A stretch of 64,000 bases of DNA from an uncultured Methanomicrobiales archaeon (GCA_963758915.1 CAVWXH010000003.1:256001-320000); one strand, 5' to 3'; shown: positions 28,904 to 40,054, counted from the first letter of the stretch. A program made the numbers and translations. Notes: generated from the sequence alone by a model not told the origin.

Positions 28904-29688
28904 TCAGGGAATTATTCACAGTCCCCCGCCTTACCGGGAACGCATGGACCGTCTGGCGGCGTAACCTTGATGTGTTCCTGAAAACCTGGCGGGTCAACCT
29001 TGTACCGCCCTTCATCGAACCATTCCTTTACCTCATTGCACTCGGGTTCGGACTTGGCGGGTTTGTGGGGTATATCGGGGATGTCCCCTATATTGACTTT
29101 ATTGCCCCGGCGATTGTCGCCGTATCAATAATGAATTCGGCATTTTTTGAGTGCACCTATGGTTCCTATGTCAGGATGTATTACGGAAAAACCTTTGATG
29201 CAATCATTGCGACGCCGGTTTCCATCGAAGAAGTAATTGCCGGGGAACTACTCTGGGGTGCGACACGGAGCATGATATACACGAGCCTCATGCTCCCGGT
29301 ACTTGTCCTGTTCGGGGTAGTGGATTTACCCTCCTCCCTGCTCCTCATCCCCTTTGCATTCCTCGGGGGGCTCCTGTTCGCCTGCATCGCAATGTGTTTT
29401 ACCGCGGTCACACCAAGTATCGATGCCCTGAATTACCCCTCATTCCTGTTCATCACACCGATGTTACTCTTTTCCGGGACATTCTTCCCGATAACCGTCC
29501 TTCCGCCGGCCCTGCAGGTCTTCGCCTATGCGGTCCTCCCCCTTACCAACGTGGTCAGTATCTGCCGTGGCCTCACGCTGACCATGTTTTCTCCCTTCAT
29601 GCTCTATAACCTGGCATGGATCGTTATCGTTACCGGGGCCCTTTTCCTCATCTCGGTTAACCTCATGAAACGCAGACTGGTCGTATAG
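28900..29688 (+). CDS. ABC-2 exporter permease (NodJ-like)
   Basis: Six TM, FSGTFFP motif, ATGA overlap with ATPase. Confidence 0.93.
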   Translation: MIRELFTVPRLTGNAWTVWRRNLDVFLKTWRVNLVPPFIEPFLYLIALGFGLGGFVGYIGDVPYIDFIAPAIVAVSIMNSAFFECTYGSYVRMYYGKTFDAIIATPVSIEEVIAGELLWGATRSMIYTSLMLPVLVLFGVVDLPSSLLLIPFAFLGGLLFACIAMCFTAVTPSIDALNYPSFLFITPMLLFSGTFFPITVLPPALQVFAYAVLPLTNVVSICRGLTLTMFSPFMLYNLAWIVIVTGALFLISVNLMKRRLVV

Positions 29689-29912
29689 TAAAAGAAGGTA
29701 AAACAGGCATTCGGGGGGCAAAGCGGAGGGGCTGATCCCCAGGAGCCTGATTGTATTTCCGGCCTCCATAAGATCGGGAGGATTGATGTCAGATGATATC
29801 AACGAATTCCCATTCTGCATAAACTGCGGGACGAAAACGTTACCACCCGGCTCCCGGTAGCAAGATATCCCATACGGTAAAAACGATACAACAATAATCC
29901 GGGGATCCAGCC

Positions 29913-30575
29913 GTGTATACACTCCAGGAGATGCTGCTTGTCGCGTTTGCAATCGGACTTACCGGGGCATTAACCCCGGGTCCCACCCTGGTCGCGACCA
30001 TCAGGGCATCAGTTGAATATGGATGGTATGCAGGACCAGTCATCACCGCGGGTCACTGCCTTGTTGAATTTGTCATTTTTATCCTGATCCTTTTAGGCCT
30101 TATCACGGTAGCAGGCCAGTACTCGGTATTTATTTCCGCATTCGGGGGAGTTGCACTCGTAATTTTTGGGATTATGACAATCCTGGGGAGCCGTACCATG
30201 AGCCTTTCAGGTGTCCTGAAGGAAGGCGCCAGCGGGGCTGGAACCAGGGGGGGACCCGCCGGAGACAAGGGGATCAGGCAGGTATTCCTGTCCGGGGTGC
30301 TTACCAGCCTTGCAAACCCTTTCTTCTGGGTCTGGTGGTTATCCATAGGGAGTGCAATGGTTGTGGCCGGCCTTGAAGGGGGGCTCATACTCGGCGCAGC
30401 GTTCCTTGTCGGACACTGGGTTGCAGACATTGCCTGGTTCACCATGGTATCGGTCACCATCCACCAGGGAAGGACATTGCTTTCGGATACCTGGTATCGT
30501 GCAATAAACACGTTATGCGGGGTATTCATGGCCTTATTTGGCATATGGTTCTTTTCTGTTGCGATCTCCGGGTAG
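29913..30575 (+). CDS. LysE family translocator
   Basis: GALTPGP, GH..VE, LANP..WW motifs. Confidence 0.88.
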   Translation: MYTLQEMLLVAFAIGLTGALTPGPTLVATIRASVEYGWYAGPVITAGHCLVEFVIFILILLGLITVAGQYSVFISAFGGVALVIFGIMTILGSRTMSLSGVLKEGASGAGTRGGPAGDKGIRQVFLSGVLTSLANPFFWVWWLSIGSAMVVAGLEGGLILGAAFLVGHWVADIAWFTMVSVTIHQGRTLLSDTWYRAINTLCGVFMALFGIWFFSVAISG

Positions 30576-30670
30576 CAGGAGAGAGACGGGAAAAATTACA
30601 AAAAAACGATGGTTAGGCAGACCTGCTCCGATTACAATTCGATAATGCAAGAATGCAGACGGGAGAGCGT

Positions 30671-31477
30671 TTACGCTCCACCCGGGCCATTCGTGGCTGC
30701 CCGCATTGAAACAGCATAATTTTTAAGTTCGTTCTTCATGCATTCCGGTTCATCCCTGTGCTTTTCAATAATTGAAACAATTGCACTTCCAGCAATTGCT
30801 GCATCAGCACCGGCATTATGGAGCTCAGCGGCATGGGCAGGGGTTGCTACACCGAAACCAACAGCGAGCGGCATACGGGTCTTTTCCCTCATATAACGGA
30901 CGAATGCCGTCGTCCCGGGGGGCAGGGCGGATAAGGCACCGGTTACACCCGTATGGGAAACAAGGTAGAGAAATCCCTGCGCATTTTCCAGTATCCGTTC
31001 CAGCCTTTCCGGCGAGGTCGTCTCGCAGACCATATATATCTGGTCGATACCAGTCTTTGCTGCTGCCTTCATTACCGGCCCGGACTCTTCAACCGGCAAA
31101 TCGGCAACCAGTATTCCATCGACACCAGCCTCCCCTGCTTCTCTGTAGAACCGGGAAATTCCACGGTGATGGATAATGTTGTAATACGTCAGGAGCACCA
31201 CCGGTACCGTTGAAAACAACCTGATACGCCGGACAATTTCAAACACCCCATCCGGGGTCGCACCTGCAGCAAGTGCCCGGACATCAGCCCTCTGAATCAC
31301 GGGTCCATCCGCAACAGGATCAGAGAACGGGACACCTAATTCGATAATATCTGCCCCCCCTTCGACCAGGGCCCTTGCTGCTGCTACTGAACGTTCGAAA
31401 TCCGGGTCACACGCCACGATAAAAGCGATGAACAGCGGTCTTCCGGCGGACGTAAAAGTCTCTCCAATCCGTCTCAT
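30671..31477 (-). CDS. trpA: Tryptophan synthase alpha
   Basis: [27 protein letters not shown]. Confidence 0.97.
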   Translation of the reverse strand: MRRIGETFTSAGRPLFIAFIVACDPDFERSVAAARALVEGGADIIELGVPFSDPVADGPVIQRADVRALAAGATPDGVFEIVRRIRLFSTVPVVLLTYYNIIHHRGISRFYREAGEAGVDGILVADLPVEESGPVMKAAAKTGIDQIYMVCETTSPERLERILENAQGFLYLVSHTGVTGALSALPPGTTAFVRYMREKTRMPLAVGFGVATPAHAAELHNAGADAAIAGSAIVSIIEKHRDEPECMKNELKNYAVSMRAATNGPGGA

Positions 31478-32652
31478 TGGAAACCCCCCTGTATTTCTGC
31501 CACCCCGGCAACATCCTTGTCACCCCTCCCTGACAGGTTGATGACCACGATCTCATCACGGGTGAATTCATCTTTCATCCTTCTTGCCGCAGCAATCGCG
31601 TGGGCAGACTCCATTGCTGGAATAATCCCTTCCCTCCGGGGGAGATAGCGGAAGGCTGAAAGGGCCTCGTTATCATTCACGGCGATATAGTGCACCCTGC
31701 CGGTGTCCTTGAGCATGCTGTGTTCCGGGCCGACACCCGGATAATCAAGGCCGGCAGATATACTGTGAGTCTCGGCGATCTGCCCGTTTTCATCCTGCAG
31801 GAGGTAGGAAAATGCCCCGTGTAGCACACCTGGAGTACCCCCGCAGAGCGTGGCCCCGTGTTCACCTGTCTTTGGGCCGTGACCCCCGGCTTCAGCCCCG
31901 GTCATAGTAACAGGGTCCCTGATAAACGGGTGAAACAACCCGATTGCATTTGACCCCCCGCCAACACAGGCGATCAGCCGGTCAGGGAGCCGCCCTTCCG
32001 CGTTCATTGACTGCTTCCTCACTTCACGGCCGATAACCGTCTGAAAATCCCGGACTATCAGGGGAAACGGGTGCGGACCAACTACCGAGCCGAGCAGGTA
32101 ATGGGTATCACTGATGTTCCCGACCCAGTCACGAAGGGCTTCGTTCACCGCGTCTTTTAAAGTCCTCGATCCGGTCCGGACGGGGATCACCTTCGCACCC
32201 ATCAGTTCCATCCGGAACACGTTCAGCCTCTGTCGTGCGATGTCTTCCTCACCCATATAGACCTCGACCGGGAGGTTGAGCATAGCCCCGGCAATGGCAG
32301 TCGCAACGCCGTGCTGGCCAGCCCCGGTCTCGGCAATCAACCGTTTTTTACCCATATACCTGGCAAGCAAAGCCTGCCCGAGGGTATTATTCAGTTTATG
32401 GGCCCCACCGTGGAGGAGGTCCTCCCGCTTGAGATAGATCTTCGCCCCGAGGTCTTCAGACATATTCGGACAATATGTCAGGGGCGTTGGCCGCCCGGCA
32501 TAATTTTTCAGGTAGTGGCTGAGTTCCCGGACGAAGTCCCTGTCCCTTGAAATCTTCTGGTAAGACTCCTCGAGTTCAATGAGCGTGGCCATTAGTGCTT
32601 CGGGGACATACTGCCCCCCGAATTTACCAAACCTGCCCTTTTTACCTGGCAT
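31474..32652 (-). CDS. trpB: Tryptophan synthase beta
   Basis: [40 protein letters not shown]. Confidence 0.98.
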   Translation of the reverse strand: MPGKKGRFGKFGGQYVPEALMATLIELEESYQKISRDRDFVRELSHYLKNYAGRPTPLTYCPNMSEDLGAKIYLKREDLLHGGAHKLNNTLGQALLARYMGKKRLIAETGAGQHGVATAIAGAMLNLPVEVYMGEEDIARQRLNVFRMELMGAKVIPVRTGSRTLKDAVNEALRDWVGNISDTHYLLGSVVGPHPFPLIVRDFQTVIGREVRKQSMNAEGRLPDRLIACVGGGSNAIGLFHPFIRDPVTMTGAEAGGHGPKTGEHGATLCGGTPGVLHGAFSYLLQDENGQIAETHSISAGLDYPGVGPEHSMLKDTGRVHYIAVNDNEALSAFRYLPRREGIIPAMESAHAIAAARRMKDEFTRDEIVVINLSGRGDKDVAGVAEIQGGFQ

Positions 32653-33226
32653 CCGGCACCCCTTTTGCGTTCTGTATGAACCTGCTCACGAGAACCGGGT
32701 CTTTTAGACCTGGCGTAATCTCAACCCCTGAGGCAACATCCACTGCATACGGCCGGACACTGACTATTGCTTCCTTCACATTGTCGGGAGTAAGCCCTCC
32801 GGCAAGGATGACAGGGACGGCCGATTCCCTGATGGCAGCCTTCGCAAATTCAGGGCTGTACAGCCGGCCGGAACCCAGGCTCTCATCGATCACCACCGCA
32901 TCACAGTCACCAGGTCTGGCACCGCCGGGTTGTACAACCCGGATGAGTTTAACACCTGCCCGGACCCGCAATACAAACGGGTACGATACCTGGACTGCCG
33001 ACGGGTGGAGGTCAAGGGCAGATTTGAAATCTTCCGGGGACTGCGTGTGAGTTACGAGGACCCCTGCCGTGAAAGGCCGTAGTTGCCCTAATATCTCTGA
33101 TGCGGTTTCCAGCGGAACGTTCCGCGGTGAGTTACTGCAGACAACGATTCCAATCGCATCAGCTCCTGCATCTTCCGCCATCATAGCGTCCTTTACGGTG
33201 GTTATCCCGCATATTTTTACGCGAAT
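32642..33226 (-). CDS. trpF: Phosphoribosylanthranilate isomerase (probable ATT start)
   Basis: [26 protein letters not shown]; GGAGGG lies 6 nt upstream of in-frame ATT. Confidence 0.92.
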   Translation of the reverse strand: MRVKICGITTVKDAMMAEDAGADAIGIVVCSNSPRNVPLETASEILGQLRPFTAGVLVTHTQSPEDFKSALDLHPSAVQVSYPFVLRVRAGVKLIRVVQPGGARPGDCDAVVIDESLGSGRLYSPEFAKAAIRESAVPVILAGGLTPDNVKEAIVSVRPYAVDVASGVEITPGLKDPVLVSRFIQNAKGVPDAR

Positions 33227-33978
33227 ACAAATCCCTCCAGTACTTTTTTCGGGTTGGATGAGGCCATGATCGAGCTGCCTACGAGGAACGCATCGCAATA
33301 CCTCCGGAGGTACCGAACATCGAAAGGCCAGCATATGCCGCTCATCGAAATTACGGTGAGCCCTTTCCGGCCCAGTTTCTCCGATATCAGTCTTGTCGTG
33401 GTAAAATTTGTTTCCATGGTACGGAGGTCCCGGTTGTTGATCCCGATCAGGGTAGCACCGGAACTGACAACAAGAGGGATCTCGGTACATGAATGGAGTT
33501 CAACCAGTGGCTCAATGGCACACGCCCTGCAGAAGCTGACAAATTCCGGCAGGCGGTCACCAAGCACACCTGCAATAAGGAGTACTGCGTCGGCACCGAG
33601 CATCCTGCTCTCAACGATCTGGCGTTTGTCGATAATGAAGTCCTTCTGAAGCAGGGGAAGGTCGGATATTTTCCGTATACGTGAAATATTCTCTGTGCTG
33701 CCATTGAACCAGAATGGTTCCGTGAGGACGGAAAGTGCTATGGCGCCCCCATCGGTCATCATCCGGGACAATTCCTCAGGACCCCCCTCACTCCTGATAC
33801 AGCCTGCTGATGGCGATGAATACTTAATTTCCGCAATAACTGCATTCCGGTTTTTTACAGAACGAATTGCCTGTTGCAGCCGCCCCGGCCCCGAAAGCCC
33901 GGATGCCGGGATACCGGTGTGATCCGGCAGCATTGCAATTCTTGACCTTGTCCGTTCAACAATTTCATCAAGCATCAT
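33217..33978 (-). CDS. trpC: Indole-3-glycerol phosphate synthase
   Basis: IAEIKYSSPS, SVLTEP, KDFI, GINNRDL. Confidence 0.96.
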   Translation of the reverse strand: MMLDEIVERTRSRIAMLPDHTGIPASGLSGPGRLQQAIRSVKNRNAVIAEIKYSSPSAGCIRSEGGPEELSRMMTDGGAIALSVLTEPFWFNGSTENISRIRKISDLPLLQKDFIIDKRQIVESRMLGADAVLLIAGVLGDRLPEFVSFCRACAIEPLVELHSCTEIPLVVSSGATLIGINNRDLRTMETNFTTTRLISEKLGRKGLTVISMSGICWPFDVRYLRRYCDAFLVGSSIMASSNPKKVLEGFVFA

Positions 33979-35006
33979 ACCATACCGCCGGTAGCATCGA
34001 CCAGTGAGTTGAGTTTTTCCATCGCTCCCCCGCTGTCAACTGATTGTATTGCTTCCCTGATTCCTTCCTGTATCGAGCCGGCCCTCCCTGCGGTGTAGAT
34101 CGCTGCACCGCTGTTGAGGAGGACAATCTCCCTGTGGGGCCCTTTTTCCCCTGAAAGGACATCGATAAGGATCCTCGCATTCTCCCTGGCGTCCCCGCCT
34201 GCAATATCCCCGGCATCCACCTCCGCAAATCCGTAATCAGTGCACCGGATTGTCCGGTCAGTGATCCGTCGTCCTGAAAGTTCAGTCACCCGGGTCTCCC
34301 CGGTCGTGGTGATTTCATCGAGACCAGCACCATGTACCACCATGGCACGCGGAGTCCCGAGTTCCCGGAGGACTTCTGCAAACACCCGGGTAAGTGCAGG
34401 GTTGTATACCCCGATCAACTGTGCATCTGCCCCTGCGGGGTTTGTCAGCGGACCAAGAAGATTAAAAATTGTCCTGATCCCGATCTCACGCCGCAATGCA
34501 GCCACCTTCGCCATTGCAGGATGATACAACGGGGCGTACAGGAAGGCAATGCCAATATCCCTGATAATTTCATTGTTCCGGGATGGCGGGACAGAGAGGT
34601 TTACCCCGAGTGTTTCGAGGACATCCGCCGAGCCGCACCGGCTCGAAACACTCCGGTTGCCGTGTTTTACCACCTGTACTCCTGCACCGGCTGCAACAAA
34701 CGCAGCAGTGGTACTGATATTGAAACTTGCCGTACCATCACCACCAGTCCCGCAGGTATCAAGGAGTGTCCCTCGTTGTCCCCTGCAGACAGGTACCGCC
34801 CGGGCCCTCATTACCCGGGCAAATGCTGCAATTTCCCTGATAGATGGCCCTTTTACCTGCATTGCAGTCAGGAACGCCCCGATTTGAGCTCCGGTAGCCT
34901 TCCCTTCAATAATATCCTGCATGACCATTCCTGCCATTTTCCGGCTGATGTCCTGTGCACCCACCACCGATCGTATCGCCTGCCTGATGACCAGATCACG
35001 GCTCAT
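33975..35006 (-). CDS. trpD: Anthranilate phosphoribosyltransferase
   Basis: DTCGTGGDG, FNIST, KHGNRSVSS.CGSAD, FNLLGPL.NP. Confidence 0.97.
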   Translation of the reverse strand: MSRDLVIRQAIRSVVGAQDISRKMAGMVMQDIIEGKATGAQIGAFLTAMQVKGPSIREIAAFARVMRARAVPVCRGQRGTLLDTCGTGGDGTASFNISTTAAFVAAGAGVQVVKHGNRSVSSRCGSADVLETLGVNLSVPPSRNNEIIRDIGIAFLYAPLYHPAMAKVAALRREIGIRTIFNLLGPLTNPAGADAQLIGVYNPALTRVFAEVLRELGTPRAMVVHGAGLDEITTTGETRVTELSGRRITDRTIRCTDYGFAEVDAGDIAGGDARENARILIDVLSGEKGPHREIVLLNSGAAIYTAGRAGSIQEGIREAIQSVDSGGAMEKLNSLVDATGGMV

Positions 35007-35584
35007 GCTTCAACACCGTTCCCGTACAGGAAATTACGTATGATCCCCGCCCCGTTATGGCAGAGAATGCTTTCAGGATGAAACTGGACACCTTCAACCG
35101 GGTAATCCCGGTGGCGGACACCCATGATGTACCCGTCATCGAGACTTCGTGCCGTGACTTCAAGAGACCCGGGTAATGATTCCGGGTCAACTATCAGTGA
35201 ATGATACCTTGTTGCGACAAACGGGTTTTCAATACCTCGGTATACCCCTTTCCCGTCATGGCTTACAAGGGATGTCTTCCCGTGCATCAGGTGGTAGCCC
35301 TGCACAACCGATGCCCCTGCACTATGACAGATCGCCTGGTGACCCAGGCAGACACCGAGGGTGGGAATTGTCCTGGATATGGTCCTGAGTGCCAAAAGAC
35401 AAAGCCCGGATCCTTTCGGGTGACCGGGTCCCGGGGACAGGATTACCCGGTCGGGGTGTATTTTTTTTAGTATTTTTGGGTCAGCATCTGATTTCACAAC
35501 TACCGGGTCTGCCCCGAGCGCCCCGACAAGCTGGACCAGGTTGTAGGTAAAGCTGTCATAGCAGTCGATGACGAGCACGTTCAT
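35003..35584 (-). CDS. trpG: Anthranilate synthase component II
   Basis: DCYDSFTYNL, SPGPG, GVCLGHQ, RYHSL, GVQFHPES; ATG overlaps trpE stop. Confidence 0.96.
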   Translation of the reverse strand: MNVLVIDCYDSFTYNLVQLVGALGADPVVVKSDADPKILKKIHPDRVILSPGPGHPKGSGLCLLALRTISRTIPTLGVCLGHQAICHSAGASVVQGYHLMHGKTSLVSHDGKGVYRGIENPFVATRYHSLIVDPESLPGSLEVTARSLDDGYIMGVRHRDYPVEGVQFHPESILCHNGAGIIRNFLYGNGVEA

Positions 35585-37368
35585 GCCAGACCACCTGCTG
35601 CGCGGATAGCCGATCGCATGGCCTCCGCCTTGTCGTTTGTCTCTGTCCATTCCTTTGAAGGACACGAGTCTGCAACGATACCTGCACCTGCCTGGACAGA
35701 GGCAATTCCATCCCTCAGATCCGCCGTCCTGATTGCAATGGCAAATTCAAGCTGATTATCGAATCCGATATAGCCTACCGCACCAGCATACAGCCCCCTG
35801 GATCCCGGTTCAAGCTCGTCAATGATCTGCATGGCCCTGATTTTAGGGGCGCCCGTTACGGTCCCTGCAGGGAAACAGGCAGTTAACCCGTCAAAACGAT
35901 CCAATCCTTCCCTGATCCTCCCGGTAACCGTTGAAACGATATGCTGGACATGGGAGTATTTTCCGATTTCCATGAACCGGGGTACTTGTACCGAGCCAAA
36001 ACTGCAGACACTTCCCACATCATTCCGTGCAAGGTCAACCAGCATGACATGTTCTGCACGTTCTTTCTCATCATTAAGAAGTTCAAGGGCTAGGTTCGCA
36101 TCATCCTCAGCAGTACACCCTCTTTTTCGAGTACCGGCGATTGGAACGGTGGTAATACTCGTTCCTTCTACCCGGACGAGCATCTCCGGACTGGCGCCGA
36201 CAACCGAATGGCCGGGGAACTCCAGAAAATACATGTACGGGCTTGGGTTTACTTCACGGAGAGCACGGTAAAGGGCAAGCGGTTCCCCGGTAAAGGGGAA
36301 CACTTCTTTCCTTGAAATTACCGCCTGGACAATCTCACCTTCGCGTATATATTTTTTGACCTTTTTCACCGAGCGAATAAATTCGTTCCTACCCTGGCCA
36401 GGAACGGGCATTCTTCCGTTTAGAGAGGGGTGCCTGTTCCCTGAACGTTGACCTGGTAAATTTGCGGCCTGATCATAATTACCAGGAATTTTTCCCCCGG
36501 AAATTTCATACCCGTCCTTAACACCAGACGGACGTGGTTCACCATCATTATTAATCCCGGATGGAACAGCAGATCGGGTTTCCAGAGATCGGCAGATAAA
36601 TTCAAACCGTGAGATCAGGGCTGAATAGTGGCGTTCATATTCATTCTCCGGCCCCATCCCTTCTGTAATTACTGCACTGCTGATCAATGACAGGGTATTG
36701 TTGCGATGATCAAATACAACACAGTCAGTGCAAAGCATGAATTCGGCAACAGGTGATCCGGTACCTGGCAGGTGCCTGGTGGGGCCAATTCCCGGAATGA
36801 GGGAGTAAACGAGGTCATACGAGAAATACCCCGCAAATCCACCAAAGAAACGCGGGACCGGAGATGGCAGATATGTAAATACCCCTGATATCGCCTTCAT
36901 CGTTTCAATTGCATTCGTTCCACAGACGTTTTCAACCAGGGTAACAAGGTCAGCGTCACCGGTGATACTGACGGCCGTACCGATCGAGATCTGGAGGACA
37001 GGGGAGATTCCAAGAAATGAGTATGATTCCGCCCTTATGTCCCGGTCCATAGATTCAAGAAGAAATCCCGGGGCACCCGCTGGGCCTGAACCCTCAGTTC
37101 CCTTATGCGATCCAGTAAGACCGTTATAGAGGTCAACCGGGGATATCCCGGTCTGGGGGATTGTAATACTCAGGGGAATAATAACCGGTCTGACTGACTG
37201 ATGTGCGAGCCTGCAGAATTCAGTCTTTGTCAGGCTGATAAGATCATGTATTCCGCCTGGAGTTACCATTCCACCGGCATCACCTTTGCGTGGCAGTTTC
37301 CAGGACTTTCCGGGTACCGCACGGCTGTTTTCTCCACGGATGAGGGCATGCTTTTCATATACTTTCAT
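35581..37368 (-). CDS. trpE: Anthranilate synthase component I (true start may be 37269)
   Basis: FLLES, NPSPYM, PIAGT, EHVMLVDLARND, FPAGTVTGAPK, AGAGIV. Confidence 0.95.
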   Translation of the reverse strand: MKVYEKHALIRGENSRAVPGKSWKLPRKGDAGGMVTPGGIHDLISLTKTEFCRLAHQSVRPVIIPLSITIPQTGISPVDLYNGLTGSHKGTEGSGPAGAPGFLLESMDRDIRAESYSFLGISPVLQISIGTAVSITGDADLVTLVENVCGTNAIETMKAISGVFTYLPSPVPRFFGGFAGYFSYDLVYSLIPGIGPTRHLPGTGSPVAEFMLCTDCVVFDHRNNTLSLISSAVITEGMGPENEYERHYSALISRFEFICRSLETRSAVPSGINNDGEPRPSGVKDGYEISGGKIPGNYDQAANLPGQRSGNRHPSLNGRMPVPGQGRNEFIRSVKKVKKYIREGEIVQAVISRKEVFPFTGEPLALYRALREVNPSPYMYFLEFPGHSVVGASPEMLVRVEGTSITTVPIAGTRKRGCTAEDDANLALELLNDEKERAEHVMLVDLARNDVGSVCSFGSVQVPRFMEIGKYSHVQHIVSTVTGRIREGLDRFDGLTACFPAGTVTGAPKIRAMQIIDELEPGSRGLYAGAVGYIGFDNQLEFAIAIRTADLRDGIASVQAGAGIVADSCPSKEWTETNDKAEAMRSAIRAAGGLA

Positions 37369-37386
37369 CTTTAATTTGCAATTATA

Positions 37387-37422
37387 TATACATTATGGTA
37401 TAATGTTGTACAATGTTGTACA
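37387..37422. promoter_or_regulatory. Four phased TRP-box-like hexamers (TGTACA consensus) at the trp promoter
   Basis: TATACA 37387, GGTATA 37397, TGTACA 37407, TGTACA 37417, each separated by 4 bp, overlapping a TATA-like run. Confidence 0.7.
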
Positions 37423-37578
37423 AATAATTCAAAACAGAGCTAATTTTCCTGACCAGCACGATGGGAGTTTTTGGGATATCCGGGTTGTCCCTGGACCGGA
37501 AGTGGCAATTAAACGGACCTGGCGTGTCCACCCTACGGGTTCATAATCATAGCCCGTACTATATCAGGTAGTTAACAA

Positions 37579-37962
37579 ATGACCAGAACGCTTGAGATAT
37601 GCTGGGACCACACACCTGAGCTCGCTGAAGTCCCGGTGATCACATCAGATACCAAAAAGACCTTCTGTGAACTCCTGAAAGAACTCATGCCGGCATTCGA
37701 ACAGGAGGGTATTGTCCTTACGTTCACATCCAGACCAGTAACCAGTGCAGGGGGTGGGCAAAGCCAGGTCACTCTTAACGGGAGACCACTCGGGGCCCTC
37801 CTTGTTGAAGTGGCAGAAGAGCAACGGCATTGTGAAGGGAGAAGGTGCGAAATGGACACCCCGGTTACATTTCCCGTGCTTTCACACAGAGATCTTCCCT
37901 ATCAGAGTGTCCCGGATCTTATCATCCGGAAAGCGCTCCTCCGGGCCTCAGGCGTCATCTGA
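37579..37962 (+). CDS. DUF2703-like protein (degenerate)
   Basis: LEICW, LNGRPL, C....C, Y..VP..II.KA pattern. Confidence 0.55.
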   Translation: MTRTLEICWDHTPELAEVPVITSDTKKTFCELLKELMPAFEQEGIVLTFTSRPVTSAGGGQSQVTLNGRPLGALLVEVAEEQRHCEGRRCEMDTPVTFPVLSHRDLPYQSVPDLIIRKALLRASGVI

Positions 37963-38344
37963 TACTGGGAAAAAGAAGCATCCATTACCCGGTTTTTTTC
38001 CCGGTCCGGTGGTTCATGGAGCAGCATTAACCTGTGGTTGTGAACTGATCTCCCCGGGACACGCGCTCCATACCACCCGCAACATCAGGAGCACCTGTGC
38101 CACCCCGGGACACTCCCCTGCTGCAATTCGAATGTCATTTCAATGGTGTATATATTGATACGATAGGCCTGGTTCAATCGGGTTACAATTGAGTTCCACG
38201 GCGTTTGGGGGGTCATATTGCATTATTTGTCCTGATCTCAAATGCCGGGGCCATCGGACGCCTGGAGCGGAAGGGATCACATTCACACCCCGCATGGGCA
38301 CATTTAATACGAGCAATTAAAAAACTGGATACCTGGTAATTCAT

Positions 38345-38791
38345 ATGGAATGGAAAAAATTCATTATCTCGTGGGTTCTCGGTTCAGTGCTTCTTTATAT
38401 AACGCTATTTCTGGTCTCTGCAATTACCATGGTGATTGCACCATTCAACATATTTGATATTGGAGGTATGAGATCTGCAACAGACCCCTTCATGATGCTC
38501 TATTACCTGTACCCGGTCCTCCTGTCATTCATCACTACCTATGTGTTCTCAGTTGTCCGGGGTTCACTGCAGGGCTCACATGTTGAGAAAGGGCTTATGT
38601 TCGGAGTACTGATGTTCCTGCTCCTCACGGTACCCAGTGGGTTTATCATTATCACCACGATGCAATACCCGGTTGGATTCTATATTGATATGATCCTGAA
38701 CGGGCTGATCAGCTATCCGTTACTGGGTATCCTCTACACTGCCATCTGGGAAAAATGCCCGTACTGCAGCACAGCCAGCGACCAGGTATAA
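38345..38791 (+). CDS. Hypothetical 4-TM membrane protein
   Basis: 148 aa hydrophobic ORF. Confidence 0.75.
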   Translation: MEWKKFIISWVLGSVLLYITLFLVSAITMVIAPFNIFDIGGMRSATDPFMMLYYLYPVLLSFITTYVFSVVRGSLQGSHVEKGLMFGVLMFLLLTVPSGFIIITTMQYPVGFYIDMILNGLISYPLLGILYTAIWEKCPYCSTASDQV

Positions 38792-38871
38792 ATCACCCGG
38801 GAATTCAAGGTATCCGGCAATTCGCGAATTCCGGGTGGGCGGGACTCATGTGCTGCAGGAAATACTATCTG

Positions 38872-39228
38872 CTAACGCCATTTGGACGTGGCAAAAATTC
38901 CCAGTAGTATCGCAATAACAAGCAGGACCCCTGACAGGTACAAGGATTCAAGGACCACGAGACCACCGGCATAGGCAAAAAATACGGATACAAGCCCGGC
39001 AACCCTGCCCCTTTTATAGGCAGTAATCACGGAGAGCAGGAGGAGGATTGTCGGCAATACCACGAAAAAAAATCTGACAGATGGATCATGCAGTACCTCG
39101 TCCGCTGAACGCTCTGCAAGGGTGAGAAGGACGGTCTGGGGATTAATTCCAATCGCGGTCCATAACCCTGAAAGAAATCCAAGACCAATTACAGACTCCC
39201 TGATAAAGAGGCCAGATTTTTTCCGCAT
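38872..39228 (-). CDS. Hypothetical membrane protein
   Basis: 118 aa with several TM segments. Confidence 0.7.
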   Translation of the reverse strand: MRKKSGLFIRESVIGLGFLSGLWTAIGINPQTVLLTLAERSADEVLHDPSVRFFFVVLPTILLLLSVITAYKRGRVAGLVSVFFAYAGGLVVLESLYLSGVLLVIAILLGIFATSKWR

Positions 39229-39538
39229 GGTACTGTATCAATAGTCTCTTGACACCGGGGTGCAAAAATTCTCCCCTTCCCACCGGACACTGCCGGAATC
39301 ACCCGGGACCACCGAACCCTTGCTCTTTCCGCCTTTTTTCTCATTCCACCCTGATAATTACGCCGGATCCACCACACACCAAGTCCCGGCTTCTTTAACT
39401 GCAATTAACCAGGCATCCCCCATTCAGGCAGCAGCGTGCCATGATGCAAAATACAGATCCCCTGACCCGGAATTCGTAAGGTCACCATCTCATGATACAG
39501 ACCCTTCGGTTTAAGTAGTTCCAGAATAAGATTCCCAT

Positions 39539-40054
39539 ATGAAATCACTCACCCTGTTCCTCCTCCTTGCGGTTATGGCAGTAATACTCTCAAGTGGCTG
39601 TCTTTCGGACCCCCCCCAGAAAAAACCAGTGACTCCGTCTGTGACTGCTACAACCCCGGTGACCCCGGTAACGTTACCACCTTCAGCCAGCGCCACAGGT
39701 ACACCGGTACAGACACCGGTTATTCCACCAGTAGTTTCTGCCCCGTATGACGACAGGATCGTGTCTGAAACAGTGATCGAAGCTCCAAATCTCAGAATTC
39801 TTAAATATAATGAAGCAAGGCCGGAGGTGGGCAAACTTACTATTACGGGGATTGCAAAGAACGAAGGAAAAACAAGTGTCCCTCATGCAGAGGTCCAGAT
39901 AAAATTCTATGACGCAAATAATAATGTAATCGCGATTTCAAAAGCTTCGACAGATAACTTCGATCCAGGTAGTACATGGGGATTTTCCATCGAATACCCG
40001 GGACAGGATTCAGGGAAAGTCAAGTCCTATAAAGTGACTGTCACACCGGTGTGA
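39539..40054 (+). CDS. FxLYD-domain lipoprotein
   Basis: Lipobox SSGC, P/T linker, ITG.AKN.G, IKFYD..N, PG.TW.F. Confidence 0.8.
   Translation: MKSLTLFLLLAVMAVILSSGCLSDPPQKKPVTPSVTATTPVTPVTLPPSASATGTPVQTPVIPPVVSAPYDDRIVSETVIEAPNLRILKYNEARPEVGKLTITGIAKNEGKTSVPHAEVQIKFYDANNNVIAISKASTDNFDPGSTWGFSIEYPGQDSGKVKSYKVTVTPV

Noticed and set aside
38050-38120. Two CCCCGGGACAC direct repeats
   Set aside because: Only two 11-mers; CCCGGG words are common in intergenic DNA here; not a CRISPR array
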